A stretch of DNA of 64,000 nt from Bacteroidales bacterium (GTDB lineage: Bacteria; Bacteroidota; Bacteroidia; Bacteroidales; Paludibacteraceae). The DNA is taken from the NCBI GenBank assembly GCA_038244215.1, contig JBBRTR010000001.1, positions 314-64,313 of the forward strand. The letters are read 5' to 3'. Each line of letters starts with the position of its first letter. Position 1 is the first letter of the stretch. This document shows positions 29,976 to 40,604 of this stretch, one piece after another. Position numbers and translations under genes: made by a program. A model generated the notes under the pieces. It saw only the letters and a list, made by a program, of their open reading frames with translations, was not told the origin of the DNA and searched no databases.

Positions 29976-31394
29976 ATGGCCAAAAATAAAAAACCGCATC
30001 CCATTCTCACCAATGTAACCATCACCGATATTGCCGCAGAAGGAAAAGCTATTGTCAAAGTAAACGACATGGTGGTATTTGTACCGTTTGTTGTTCCCGG
30101 CGATGTTGTCGATTTGCAGATAACGCGCAAGAAAAGCCATTTTATGGAAGCTCGTCCAATCCTTTTCCACAGTTTTTCGGAAAATAGAGTGGAAGCAGTT
30201 TGCGAACATTTTGGAATTTGTGGCGGCTGCAAATGGCAGATACTCCCCTACTCCGAACAAATCCGTTACAAACAAAAACAGGTTGTCGATAATCTGACAC
30301 GAATTGGGAAAATTGAATTACCTGATGTCATGCCGATTCTTGGCTCTGCCAAAACAGAATTTTACCGGAATAAACTTGAATTTACTTTCTCGAATAAACG
30401 TTGGAGAACAAACGAAGAAATTGCAGAAGGAAAAGTTTTCGAAACCATGAATGCAGTTGGTTTTCATATTCCGGGAGCATTTGACAAAGTGCTCGACATC
30501 AATAAATGTTGGCTACAAACTGAAGATTCCAACGAAATTCGGAATGAAGTTCGTAGGTATGCGCTAGAAAATGAACTGACTTTCTTTGATTTACGCTCTC
30601 AGGAAGGCTTTTTACGCACCATGATGATTCGTACCACTTCTACAGGTGAATTAATGGTGATTATTATTTTCTTTTACGAAGACAAAGAAGCACAGGATGC
30701 ACTTTTGAAACATATTGCCGATAAGTTTCCGCAAATCACTTCACTTTTATACGTCATAAACTCAAAAGCTAACGATACAATAACCGATCAGGAAGTGTTG
30801 GTTTTTAAAGGAAATGAATGTATTTACGAAGAAATGGAAGGTCTGAAATTCAAAATCGGTCCGAAATCATTTTATCAAACCAATTCCGATCAAGCTTACG
30901 AATTATATAAAGTGACACGTAACTTTGCCGGATTGACAGGAAAAGAACTGGTCTACGATTTATATACAGGAACCGGAACCATTGCTAACTTTGTGGCACA
31001 TCAAGCCAAGCAGGTTATCGGAATTGAATACGTTCCCGAAGCCATTGAAGATGCTTTTGTCAATTCAAAACTGAATAATATTGAAAATACGCTGTTTTAT
31101 GCCGGCGATATGAAAGACATTTTGAATGCAGCTTTTATTGAAAAACATGGCAAACCGGATGTAATTATCACTGATCCACCACGAGTTGGTATGCATGAAG
31201 ATGTGATTAATGCCATCTTATTCGCTGACCCGAAACGGATTGTTTACGTTAGTTGCAATCCGGCAACTCAGGCACGTGATTTAAATTTACTGGACTCAAA
31301 ATATAAGGTAGCGGCTATTCAACCGGTTGATATGTTTCCACATACGCATCATGTGGAAAATGTGGTATTGTTGGAAAAAAGAGTAAGTTTGTAA
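29976..31394 (+). CDS. rlmD: 23S rRNA m5U1939 methyltransferase
   Basis: TRAM domain, CEHFGICGGC, YRNKLEF, DLYTGTG, DPPR, YVSCNP, DMFPHTHHVE. Confidence 0.95.
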   Translation: MAKNKKPHPILTNVTITDIAAEGKAIVKVNDMVVFVPFVVPGDVVDLQITRKKSHFMEARPILFHSFSENRVEAVCEHFGICGGCKWQILPYSEQIRYKQKQVVDNLTRIGKIELPDVMPILGSAKTEFYRNKLEFTFSNKRWRTNEEIAEGKVFETMNAVGFHIPGAFDKVLDINKCWLQTEDSNEIRNEVRRYALENELTFFDLRSQEGFLRTMMIRTTSTGELMVIIIFFYEDKEAQDALLKHIADKFPQITSLLYVINSKANDTITDQEVLVFKGNECIYEEMEGLKFKIGPKSFYQTNSDQAYELYKVTRNFAGLTGKELVYDLYTGTGTIANFVAHQAKQVIGIEYVPEAIEDAFVNSKLNNIENTLFYAGDMKDILNAAFIEKHGKPDVIITDPPRVGMHEDVINAILFADPKRIVYVSCNPATQARDLNLLDSKYKVAAIQPVDMFPHTHHVENVVLLEKRVSL

Positions 31395-31458
31395 TGTTAG
31401 TAAAGTCGATTAATCGTAAATCTAAAATTGTGAATTGTAAATTAATAAAAGTTATCCT

Positions 31459-32583
31459 ATGTCAGTAACCATACGGGAAGTAACGACAAAAAAAGAATTA
31501 AAAAAATATATTTGGTTTGGAATAAACCTTTATAAAGATTGCGAGTTTGCCGCTCCACCTTTATTAATAGATGATTTTATGAATCTTAGCAAAGGAAAAA
31601 ACCCAGCGTTAGATTTTTGTGAAGTTGCTTATTTCCTCGCCTATAAAAATAACAAAATTGTAGGACGTATCGGCTGTATAATTAACTCAATTTCGAACAA
31701 AACATGGAATGAAAAACACGCTCGCTTTGGCTGGACAGATTTCATTGACGATGTTGAAGTATCAACTGCACTTTTTGATCAAGCAATTGCCTGGTCAAAA
31801 GAAAAAGGAATGACTGCCATTCATGGTCCGCTTGGATTTACCGATTTGGATCGAGAGGGAATGCTTATTGAAGGTTATGACCAACTGGGAACGATGGCTA
31901 CCAATTACAATTATCCGTATTATATAAAACATGTTGAAGATTACGGTTTTGTCAAGGATATTGACTGGAAAGAATATAAAATTACCGTTCCGGAGGTATT
32001 TCCTGAAAAATATTTTAGAATTGCCGATATCGTTAAACAAAAATACAACCTGAAATCGGTGCACTGTAAATCAAGAAAAGAGACAATAGACCGATACGCT
32101 CTTAAAATCTTTGATTTACTGAATTTGTGTTATTCGCATTTATATGGTTTCACTAAACTGAACGAAAAACAAATTGCATTTTATATCAAAATGTATTTCA
32201 GCTTTTTCCGCTTGGATACAATTTCCATTGTGGTTGATGAAAAAGATGACGTAGTGGCGTTGGGAATTGCGATGCCAAGTTTTACAAAAGCCATGCAAAA
32301 AGCAAAAGGAAGCCTTTTTCCGTTTGGTTGGTATTATATGCTTCATGCTTTGTATAAAAACGATGTGGTGGATTTGTATTTAATGGCTGTTCATCCTGAT
32401 TATCAAAACAGAGGAGTGAATTCAATAATGTTTGCCGATATTATGCCAAACAGCGCAAAAAATGGTTACAAATTTGCTGAAAGTAATCCTGAGTTGGAAA
32501 CAAACACCAAAATGTCCTCTCAATGGGGAAGTTTTGAACATGTAAACCACAAAAAACGAAGAGCTTACATAATACGTTTTTAA
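31459..32583 (+). CDS. GNAT-fold N-acetyltransferase family protein
   Basis: VGRI, HGPLGFTDLDREG, NYPYY, AVHPDYQNRG. Confidence 0.8.
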   Translation: MSVTIREVTTKKELKKYIWFGINLYKDCEFAAPPLLIDDFMNLSKGKNPALDFCEVAYFLAYKNNKIVGRIGCIINSISNKTWNEKHARFGWTDFIDDVEVSTALFDQAIAWSKEKGMTAIHGPLGFTDLDREGMLIEGYDQLGTMATNYNYPYYIKHVEDYGFVKDIDWKEYKITVPEVFPEKYFRIADIVKQKYNLKSVHCKSRKETIDRYALKIFDLLNLCYSHLYGFTKLNEKQIAFYIKMYFSFFRLDTISIVVDEKDDVVALGIAMPSFTKAMQKAKGSLFPFGWYYMLHALYKNDVVDLYLMAVHPDYQNRGVNSIMFADIMPNSAKNGYKFAESNPELETNTKMSSQWGSFEHVNHKKRRAYIIRF

Positions 32584-32717
32584 GTTGAATAAAAGATAGA
32601 GCAGTAAATTACCCTACCGCTCATTTTTTTTCAACATAGTCGGTAGGTTCATTGTTAGATGAATTAAGTTGATTGATTTGATTTCAGATTATAGAATTTT
32701 ATTTTTTGACCATAAAG

Positions 32718-34295
32718 ATGACACGTAAATTTGATTTTTTGGTTATTGGAAGCGGAATTGCAGGCATAAGTTTTGCACTGAAAGCCGCAAAATATGGCAA
32801 AGTTGCTTTGCTTTGTAAAACCACGTTGAGTGAATCGAATACTTCTTTTGCTCAGGGCGGAATAGCATCGGTAATGTACGAACCCGACAATTTTGAAAAG
32901 CACATAGAAGACACTTTAATTTCGGGCGATGGACATTGCGATTTGGCAGCAGTGGAAAAAGTGGTTTATGAAGCGCCTTCCCAGATTCAAGAATTACTGA
33001 ATTGGGGAGTGGATTTTGATAAAGATGAAAAGGGACTTTTCGATTTACATCGGGAAGGTGGACATTCCGAACACCGTATTCTTCATCATAAAGACAACAC
33101 CGGATACGAAATTCAGGAAAGTCTGATCCGTCAGGTAAAGGCGCATCCCGAAATTGATGTTTTCGAACACTTTTTTGCCATTGAAATTCTGACACAACAC
33201 CATTTGGGACAAATTGTTACACATCACACACCCAATATTGAATGTTACGGTGCGTATGTTTTGAATCAACAAACAAATCATATTCATACGTTTTTAGCCA
33301 AAATTACGTTTTTAGCAACAGGTGGAATCGGAAGCGTCTATTCCACTACAACAAACCCTGAAATTGCCACCGGTGACGGAATAGCAATGGTTCATCGAGC
33401 ACGTGGAATTATAAAAGACATGGAATTTGTTCAGTTTCATCCAACTGCTTTGTATCATCCCGGCGAACGGCCTACGTATCTAATTACGGAGGCAATTCGT
33501 GGTTTTGGTGCTGTATTGCGCACTCAGGATGGAAAAGAATTTATGCAGAAATATGATGATCGGGGTTCGTTGGCACCACGAGATATTACAGCGCGTGCCA
33601 TTGATAACGAAATGAAAATACGTGGTAACGATTTTGTGTATCTCGATGTAACTAAAGAAAATCCGGAAGAAACGAAAAAACATTTTCCAAATATCTATAA
33701 AAAGTGTCTGGAATACGGGATTGATATAACCAAAGATTATATTCCGGTTTCGCCAACACAACATTATCTTTGTGGAGGAATTTCGGTTGATTTGAATGGT
33801 AAGTCATCGATAAACAGATTGTATGCTGCCGGCGAATGCACATGTACCGGACTTCATGGAGCAAATCGACTCGCATCTAACTCGTTGATCGAAGCCATTG
33901 TTTATGCAGACGCGGCTGTGAAAGATTCAGTAAAAAGTCTTGGTTCACTGACATTCAATGATTCCATACCAAACTGGAATGATGAAGGTACTTCGCTCCC
34001 GGAAGAAATGGTGCTTATCACACAAACTTTCAGGGAAGTAGAACAAATAATGAGCACGTATGTTGGAATTGTACGTTCGAATTTACGTTTGAAACGAGCA
34101 TTGAACCGCTTAGAAATTTTATACCGTGAAACCGAGCTTTTATTTGAAAAATCAGTTGTTTCACGCGAAATATGCGAACTCAGGAATGTGATAAGTGTGG
34201 CATATTTGATTATTAAACAAGCAATTGCACGCAAAGAAAGTCGGGGATTGCATTACACGGTTGACTATCCCGATCGAATGAAAAACGAACTTTAA
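32718..34295 (+). CDS. nadB: L-aspartate oxidase
   Basis: IGSGIAG, AQGGIA, EGGHS, EFVQFHPT, GLHGANRLASNSL, ESRGLHY. Confidence 0.97.
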   Translation: MTRKFDFLVIGSGIAGISFALKAAKYGKVALLCKTTLSESNTSFAQGGIASVMYEPDNFEKHIEDTLISGDGHCDLAAVEKVVYEAPSQIQELLNWGVDFDKDEKGLFDLHREGGHSEHRILHHKDNTGYEIQESLIRQVKAHPEIDVFEHFFAIEILTQHHLGQIVTHHTPNIECYGAYVLNQQTNHIHTFLAKITFLATGGIGSVYSTTTNPEIATGDGIAMVHRARGIIKDMEFVQFHPTALYHPGERPTYLITEAIRGFGAVLRTQDGKEFMQKYDDRGSLAPRDITARAIDNEMKIRGNDFVYLDVTKENPEETKKHFPNIYKKCLEYGIDITKDYIPVSPTQHYLCGGISVDLNGKSSINRLYAAGECTCTGLHGANRLASNSLIEAIVYADAAVKDSVKSLGSLTFNDSIPNWNDEGTSLPEEMVLITQTFREVEQIMSTYVGIVRSNLRLKRALNRLEILYRETELLFEKSVVSREICELRNVISVAYLIIKQAIARKESRGLHYTVDYPDRMKNEL

Positions 34296-34327
34296 ATATG
34301 AATTTGTAAACGACATTTTTAGCAAGT

Positions 34328-34726
34328 ATGCAAATGAATCGAATCATTACTTATTTTCTCCTGTTTTTTTTCAGCGGAATGCTTTTTGCTCAAAATACTG
34401 CAAGAAGTGATCAGCATTCATCTGCTCAAAATATTGTGATTAAACTGGACGGCTCTGTTCAGAACAATTTATCAAAAGCTGAAAATGATAATTCGGGAGG
34501 TTCAAATTTGCAAACTACCGATAATGAAAATGTAAGTTTTGGTACCTCGGGAGATGGTATTTATATTAATATTTTAAAAGGGAAAAATCAGATAAAATTA
34601 TTCGATCTCACAGGTCAGCTGCTTTTAAACGGTGATTTGACACAGGGACGGTTTTTCATACCAAGCCGGAAAGGAATTTATTTCCTTCGGATAAACAACA
34701 AAAGTTATAAAGTTATCTGCAAATAA
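34328..34726 (+). CDS. small exported protein with a T9SS type-A-like C-terminal domain
   Basis: Signal peptide; IKLFDLTGQLL...GIYFLRIN..YKVI.K. Confidence 0.65.
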   Translation: MQMNRIITYFLLFFFSGMLFAQNTARSDQHSSAQNIVIKLDGSVQNNLSKAENDNSGGSNLQTTDNENVSFGTSGDGIYINILKGKNQIKLFDLTGQLLLNGDLTQGRFFIPSRKGIYFLRINNKSYKVICK

Positions 34727-34769
34727 AAATACAACAGATTAAATGCCAACCCATAACAAAATTATAAAA

Positions 34770-35075
34770 ATGATTAAACATATTGTATTCTTCTGTCTAG
34801 CCGAAAATGCAGAAGGTAAAACGAAAGTTGAAAACGCAGAAATTATCAAAAAAGAACTGGAGAACTTAGCTGGTTTTATTCCTGAAATTAAAAAAATTGA
34901 AGTCGGAATTAATATTCCAAACGCATCAAAAACCGATTTTGACATTGCATTATATTCCGAATTCGAGAATTTCGCCGATCTTGATGTTTATCAGGAGCAT
35001 ATTGAACACAAAAAAGTAGCTTCTTTTATTGGAAAAGTAAGAACTTCGCGAGCCGCAGTGGATTACAAAATCTAA
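34770..35075 (+). CDS. Dabb (stress-responsive alpha/beta barrel) protein
   Basis: MIKHIVFF, IPEIKKIEVG, YQEHIEH, AVDY. Confidence 0.9.
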   Translation: MIKHIVFFCLAENAEGKTKVENAEIIKKELENLAGFIPEIKKIEVGINIPNASKTDFDIALYSEFENFADLDVYQEHIEHKKVASFIGKVRTSRAAVDYKI

Positions 35076-35236
35076 ATCTGAACAATTCCAACAGACAAAC
35101 CAAGTACTTCTATAAGGCATTAATGCCGAATATTTTAAATTAAATAAAATATTTGGCATTTTTATTTGTTTTTACAAAATAAATGTTTATTTTTACTGCC
35201 TGTTAACAATCAGTTCTAATCTTTTAATTTAAAATT

Positions 35237-35659
35237 ATGGCAGTAAACAAAGTAATCTTGGTCGGGAATGTAGGAAAAGATCCCGAAGTTCGTTATTTGG
35301 ATAAAAATGTAGCGGTTGCAAATTTCACATTGGCAACCACTGACAGGGCTTACACATTGCAAAATGGAACTCAGGTTCCTGAAAAAACAGAATGGCACAA
35401 TATTGTTGCATGGCGCGGATTAGCTGAAATTGCAGAAAAATACATTCGCAAAGGAAGCCAGATTTATGTTGAAGGTAAACTTCAGACACGGTCGTGGGAA
35501 AAAGAAGGAGTTAAACGTTACACCACTGAAATCTACGCTGAAACAATTCAACTTTTAGGAAAGAAACCTGAAGCTACTGAAGCTGTCGATGTTGCTTCTG
35601 CACCAGCTGCAGACGGCATACAGGCACCACCTCACATTGAAGATGATCTTCCCTTTTAA
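35237..35659 (+). CDS. ssb: single-stranded DNA-binding protein
   Basis: [23 protein letters not shown]-terminal DDLPF. Confidence 0.98.
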   Translation: MAVNKVILVGNVGKDPEVRYLDKNVAVANFTLATTDRAYTLQNGTQVPEKTEWHNIVAWRGLAEIAEKYIRKGSQIYVEGKLQTRSWEKEGVKRYTTEIYAETIQLLGKKPEATEAVDVASAPAADGIQAPPHIEDDLPF

Positions 35660-35677
35660 TTTGTAATCTAAAAGAGT

Positions 35678-35712
35678 GGCTGGCTTAACTCAAAAGAAGT
35701 CAGCCATTTTCA
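35678..35712 (+). terminator. terminator after ssb
   Basis: tggctggctt...aagtcagcca followed by tttt. Confidence 0.55.
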
Positions 35713-35811
35713 TTTCCAATTTTGTGAACAAAATAAAATCAAAATATTTAAAATATCCTGTTACAAACAATTATGTCTTCTTTTTCGTTTAAATATTAAA
35801 AGAAATATCTA

Positions 35812-36750
35812 ATGAAAAATCTATATTTTCAGAATGGAGATGAACTTCCTGTTTTGGGTTTAGGAACCTGGTTATCAAATAAAAATGAAGTTTACGATGC
35901 TGTTTTAGAAGCCATACGAGTTGGCTATCGTCACTTTGATTGTGCCTCTGTTTATCAGAACCAAGCAGAAATCGGTCAAGCACTGAGATTTGCATTTGAT
36001 ACCGGCATGGTGAAACGTGATGAACTTTTTATTACTTCTAAACTCTGGAACAGTGATCATGCACCTGAACGGGTTGAATTTGCTCTTCGTAAATCGTTGC
36101 ATGATCTGCAACTGGACTATCTTGATTTGTATCTGATTCATTGGCCGGTAGCTTTCAAAACACAACATGAACAGGCTCACAGTGAATCTGATCTTGTTTC
36201 GTTGGATGAAATTCCGTTGGACGTTACCTGGAAAGCCATGGAAAATGCAAAAAGAACCGGACTGGCAGTTCATATCGGAGTCTCTAATTTCAATATTCCC
36301 AAACTCAAAACGCTGATTGATAAAGACATCATTGCTCCAGAAGTTTTACAGGTTGAATTGCATCCTTATTTTGGACAAAATCAACTTGTTGAATTTTGTC
36401 ACTCGAACCACATTCTGGTAACTGCTTATTCTCCTTTAGGAAGTCGTCATTTGACAAAAAGTGAAGCAGGTCCTACTCATGAGCCAATCATAACTAAAAT
36501 TGCCGCTAAACACAATTGTACACCAGCACAGGTTATTCTTGCATGGGGCATTCAACGTGGGACAGCCGTAATTCCAAAATCGGTAAACAATGCACGAATT
36601 CTTGAGAATTTTAACGCACTGAATGTTGAACTAGATTCTGTTGATTTTATAAAAATTTCATCTTTGGAAAGAAATATGCGAATTGCAACTGGTAAATTCT
36701 GTGTTTTCCCGGGCGGTTATTATACTTTGAAAAATATCTGGGAAGAATAG
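35812..36750 (+). CDS. aldo/keto reductase (AKR1/5-like)
   Basis: LGLGTW, GYRHFDCA, TSKLW, DLYLIHWP, IPKS. Confidence 0.95.
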   Translation: MKNLYFQNGDELPVLGLGTWLSNKNEVYDAVLEAIRVGYRHFDCASVYQNQAEIGQALRFAFDTGMVKRDELFITSKLWNSDHAPERVEFALRKSLHDLQLDYLDLYLIHWPVAFKTQHEQAHSESDLVSLDEIPLDVTWKAMENAKRTGLAVHIGVSNFNIPKLKTLIDKDIIAPEVLQVELHPYFGQNQLVEFCHSNHILVTAYSPLGSRHLTKSEAGPTHEPIITKIAAKHNCTPAQVILAWGIQRGTAVIPKSVNNARILENFNALNVELDSVDFIKISSLERNMRIATGKFCVFPGGYYTLKNIWEE

Positions 36751-36859
36751 TTAAATCAAATACTCTTGTGTTGGAATTTGCTCACCAGATTTCCAAAAAG
36801 TTTCAATTTGATAACGGCATAAATTCCTGCCAATGACAAAAGAAAGCCCCAGCCTTCGA

Positions 36860-36893
36860 AAAAGTGACCTACAATAAATTGCAGGCCACTTTT
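36860..36893. terminator. bidirectional terminator
   Basis: aaaagtgacctacaa...ttgcaggccactttt between convergent genes. Confidence 0.55.
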
Positions 36894-36915
36894 AAAATAT
36901 TTATTTACAAATGAA

Positions 36916-38544
36916 TTATTCCATCAGATTCACGAATTCAAATGATCTTCCATCAAACAAACCTCTGTCACCTAATTTCAATTCAGGAATTACAAGAAGA
37001 GACATAAAAGCAACTGTCATAAATGGCGCCTGTAATTTTGAACCTAGCTCTTTAGCCATCGCATCTACCTCTTCGTATCGTTTGGCTATAACTTCACCTT
37101 CAAGTTCCGAAATTAACCCACAAATCGGTAACGGTAACAAACAGGTTCGATCACCTTCACAAGCCAGAATTCCACCTTTGCAGTCGATAATTTGATTGAT
37201 TGCAGAAGTAATTTCTTCATCCGAAGTTCCAACCGCCACTATATTATGACTGTCATGCGCCACCGTGGAAGCTATTGCACCTCTTTTCAAACCGATATTG
37301 TGAATAAAGCCAATCGCTGGTTCTGATGATTGATAGCGATTATAAACCACGAGTTTAAGAATATCATTTTCAAGATCAGAAACCACGTTTCCATTTTTGG
37401 TTTTTGGTTTTACGAAGCCAGTATGTGTAAATAACTGACCATCGTCCACCAGGATAACTTTCAGTTTATCTCCCGCAGGTGTCACACACAATTGTTCTAC
37501 AGATATCTTTTTGACATTAAACTGATTAATTAAGCCAGAAGGGACAAAACGTGGGAAAGTCGGTTTTCCATTTTCAGAAACTTTTACACCTTTGATAAAA
37601 GTAGATTTTACTTCAAATTCAGCAAGATTATTAACCACCACAAAGTCAGCATCATCACCTTTTTGAAGCAAACCTACATCGAGTTTATAATGTTTTATCG
37701 GCGTGAGTGAGCAGATTCTTAATACATCAATAGGATCGTAACCCTGAGCAACTGCACGACGTGCCAATGTATCAATATGCCCATTCTTCATTAAGTCGTC
37801 GGGATGTTTATCGTCCGAGCAAAACATAATTTGATTAGGATATTTGTCAAGCAAAGGCAATAAATCATTAAAATTCTTTGCTGCACTTCCCTCACGTATC
37901 TGAATAGTCATTCCCAACGCAACTTTTGCTTCGGCTTCAGCAATAGTCATACATTCATGATCGGTTGTAATTCCACCTGCAGCATATTTTTCAAGGTCTT
38001 CACCTTTCAATTCGGGTGCGTGTCCATCAATTGGTTTACCCAATCGTTTTGCAGCATCCAACTTGGCATAAACCTCTTTATTTTTATGAATTACCCCCGG
38101 AAAATTCATCATTTCAGCCAGAAAGTAAATATCATCGCGCTCCAAAAGTTTTTCAACTGCTTCAGCATCCAAAATAGCACCTGAAGTTTCAAATTTAGTG
38201 GATGGAACACACGAAGGCGCGCCGAAAAAGAATTTCATGGGCGAATGATTTCCGTTTTCAATCATATAATCAACACCTGGGACGCCGCACACATTAGCCA
38301 TTTCGTGCGGATCGCACACACAAGCTACAGTTCCGTGAATCACACTGTATCGTGCAAATTCGGCTGGTAACATCATCGAACTTTCGATATGAATATGCGC
38401 ATCAACGAATCCCGGAATTATATACTGATTTTCAACTTCTTCGCTTGGATCAATGGCTACAATTTTTCCGTTTTCAAAATACAAAATTCCTTTCGTTATT
38501 GTTTTTGCAACAACATCGACAATACTTCCTGTTATAGTTTCCAA
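36916..38544 (-). CDS. ade: adenine deaminase (TTG start)
   Basis: DAHIHIESS, DPHE, EMMNFPG, DHEC, REGSAAKN, VAHDSHN. Confidence 0.95.
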   Translation of the reverse strand: METITGSIVDVVAKTITKGILYFENGKIVAIDPSEEVENQYIIPGFVDAHIHIESSMMLPAEFARYSVIHGTVACVCDPHEMANVCGVPGVDYMIENGNHSPMKFFFGAPSCVPSTKFETSGAILDAEAVEKLLERDDIYFLAEMMNFPGVIHKNKEVYAKLDAAKRLGKPIDGHAPELKGEDLEKYAAGGITTDHECMTIAEAEAKVALGMTIQIREGSAAKNFNDLLPLLDKYPNQIMFCSDDKHPDDLMKNGHIDTLARRAVAQGYDPIDVLRICSLTPIKHYKLDVGLLQKGDDADFVVVNNLAEFEVKSTFIKGVKVSENGKPTFPRFVPSGLINQFNVKKISVEQLCVTPAGDKLKVILVDDGQLFTHTGFVKPKTKNGNVVSDLENDILKLVVYNRYQSSEPAIGFIHNIGLKRGAIASTVAHDSHNIVAVGTSDEEITSAINQIIDCKGGILACEGDRTCLLPLPICGLISELEGEVIAKRYEEVDAMAKELGSKLQAPFMTVAFMSLLVIPELKLGDRGLFDGRSFEFVNLME

Positions 38545-38615
38545 AATAATTATGTTTTTAATATGTTGTGAAATATAAATATAGTAAAAAATAAAAGACG
38601 ATTTAGAAAATTTTT

Positions 38616-39557
38616 TTATTCAAAATTCAGATAGGGTTTCAATCTTTCAAGTTCTTCCGGTTTGAATTCAGTCAATTCCTTCAATTCATTAGCTGAAATT
38701 AATTTTCCTTTTTTTCTCCGAAGTTCATAAATGGCTTTTGCCTGATAGAAATTTATATAAAGATGTGCATCAAGACGTTCGGCAGTAGACGTGTTTATTC
38801 TAATTTGTCGAACCAAATTTAAATCAACGTTGCAATAAGGCTTAATCTTTTCAAAATTTTCCGGACTCATTCCGTAAATTTCAAGCAGTTGATTAACGGC
38901 CACAAAGCCGCCGGTTGATTGACGAAAACGCACAATTCCTTTTGCATAACCACGTCCGATACCTTTTACTTGCATCAACAAAGTTGTATCGGCAGAGTTC
39001 AAATCCACGACAATATTTGTACGCTTAGTTGACTGATTTTCAGTTTTGAGAGGTTTTGTTTCTGCTATTGAAATATAGGGTTGAAGTTCTTTCATCTTAT
39101 CCGATGAAATTCCGTATACTTTTGAAAAATCTTCAATTGTTCTGAATGAACCACCTTTATTTCTGTATTTTAGAATATTAGAAGCTATACGCGGTTTTAA
39201 ACCCAACTTTACAAACGAAGCCGAATCTATGACATTCGGATCAAAAGGGAATAATGTATATGTATTTTTCTTCTCTGCCTTTTTGAAGTCGGAAGCATAA
39301 TTAGCATACTTTTCTTCATATTCCCGCTGACGTTCCTCATTTTGTTTTTGCCATTCAATCTGGCGTAAACTGTCTGTTGACTTCAATGATTTTCGGAATG
39401 CTTCAACTTCAATCCGAAATCCTTTATCTTCTTTCTCATCAATCGGGAAGAAATAAGGCAATAAATAATTCGAAACAATTACAATGATAATCAAAGAGAT
39501 AAGAATAACTATTCCAACTCGTTGACCTCGGGAAAAATAAAAATAATCTTTCCACAT
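38616..39557 (-). CDS. ComEA-like helix-hairpin-helix DNA-binding membrane protein
   Basis: N-terminal TM segment, FDPN, DLNSADT..L..VKGIG and repeated HhH motifs. Confidence 0.88.
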   Translation of the reverse strand: MWKDYFYFSRGQRVGIVILISLIIIVIVSNYLLPYFFPIDEKEDKGFRIEVEAFRKSLKSTDSLRQIEWQKQNEERQREYEEKYANYASDFKKAEKKNTYTLFPFDPNVIDSASFVKLGLKPRIASNILKYRNKGGSFRTIEDFSKVYGISSDKMKELQPYISIAETKPLKTENQSTKRTNIVVDLNSADTTLLMQVKGIGRGYAKGIVRFRQSTGGFVAVNQLLEIYGMSPENFEKIKPYCNVDLNLVRQIRINTSTAERLDAHLYINFYQAKAIYELRRKKGKLISANELKELTEFKPEELERLKPYLNFE

Positions 39558-39753
39558 ACTAGTGATTTTTTTAGATTAAATTAAAAGCTCATGTAAAAAC
39601 GGTTCAAATTTAATAAAATATTTTACGTTAACAAGCTTTTGAGTGAAATTTGTTAATCAAAGCCGATTACGAAGTGTGTGGTATCTATATTACTACACAG
39701 CTTTTTGAGCTTATCCAAAATTGTTTCGAAAATGTTTTGGCAAAAGATAAAAA

Positions 39754-39779
39754 AAGGTTTTACATTTCTGTAAAACCTT
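39754..39779 (-). terminator. terminator after the tRNA
   Basis: aaggttttaca-tttc-tgtaaaacctt with a T run on the minus strand. Confidence 0.7.
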
Positions 39780-39790
39780 GATTTTCATTG

Positions 39791-39865
39791 TGGGCCCAAC
39801 TGGGCTTGAACCAGTGACCCCCTGATTATGAGTCAGGTGCTACTAACCAACTGAGCTATAGGCCC
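39791..39865 (-). tRNA. tRNA with CAT anticodon, probably tRNA-Ile2 (otherwise elongator Met)
   Basis: Minus strand GGGCCTA TAGCTCAGTTGGTTAGTAGC A CCTGA CTCATAA TCAGG GGGTC ACTGG TTCAAGC CCAGT TGGGCCC A; CCA is not encoded. Confidence 0.93.
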
Positions 39866-39887
39866 CACTTTTGCGAAATATTTTTAG

Positions 39888-39914
39888 TATCTTTGCAAAG
39901 CGAATGCAAAAGTA
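39888..39914. promoter_or_regulatory. overlapping opposed -7 boxes for the HAD gene (+) and the tRNA (-)
   Basis: TATCTTTG at 39888-39895 on +; TACTTTTG at 39907-39914 on -. Confidence 0.5.
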
Positions 39915-39962
39915 ATAAATTTTACCATATCGCAAAAACTATCACACACTTTTTTAATCCAA

Positions 39963-40598
39963 ATGAAACAATTTAGCAATATTTCTACCATTATTTTCGA
40001 TTTCGGAGGCGTATTGATTAATCTCGATTTACCCAAATGCATTTTAAATTTCAAACAATTAGGAATTCAAAATATCGAAACTTATTTGAGTAATTTCGGT
40101 CAGAAAGATTTCTTTCTTGCATTTGAAAAAGGGCAAATCGGAACGGAAGAATTCAGGACTGAAATCCGTAAATGTGCTCCTCACCCACTCTCAGATGAGC
40201 AAATTGATAAAGCATGGTGTTCTTTTCTATGTGATATTCCTGTCAGAAAACTGGAAATTCTTAGTGCTCTAAAAAAGAAATTCCGGGTAGTAATGCTCAG
40301 CAACACCAATCCTTTACATATAGAATTAAGTGCAGTTTCCGAATTTGCCAAAACAGGTAATACGATTTCCGATTTTTTTGATGCCACTTATTTTTCTTAC
40401 GAGATGCATATGGTAAAACCTGATGCGGAAATATTTGAGTCTTTGCTTGCATCCGAACAAGTTGCAGCTAATCAATGTTTGTTTCTTGATGATGGACTTA
40501 AGAATATTGAAGCAGCCCAAAAACTGGGAATTCAAACTTACTTTGTCGCTCCTCACGAGAATTTGAGTTTTTTATTGAATAACGAAACATGGCAATAA
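39963..40598 (+). CDS. HAD-family phosphatase (YihX-like)
   Basis: IIFDFGGV, LSNTN, KPD, FLDD. Confidence 0.9.
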   Translation: MKQFSNISTIIFDFGGVLINLDLPKCILNFKQLGIQNIETYLSNFGQKDFFLAFEKGQIGTEEFRTEIRKCAPHPLSDEQIDKAWCSFLCDIPVRKLEILSALKKKFRVVMLSNTNPLHIELSAVSEFAKTGNTISDFFDATYFSYEMHMVKPDAEIFESLLASEQVAANQCLFLDDGLKNIEAAQKLGIQTYFVAPHENLSFLLNNETWQ

Positions 40599-40604
40599 AC
40601 AGAT

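Noticed and set aside
39558-39865. tRNA as an island integration site
   Set aside because: I found no duplicated tRNA 3' end or integrase in the window.
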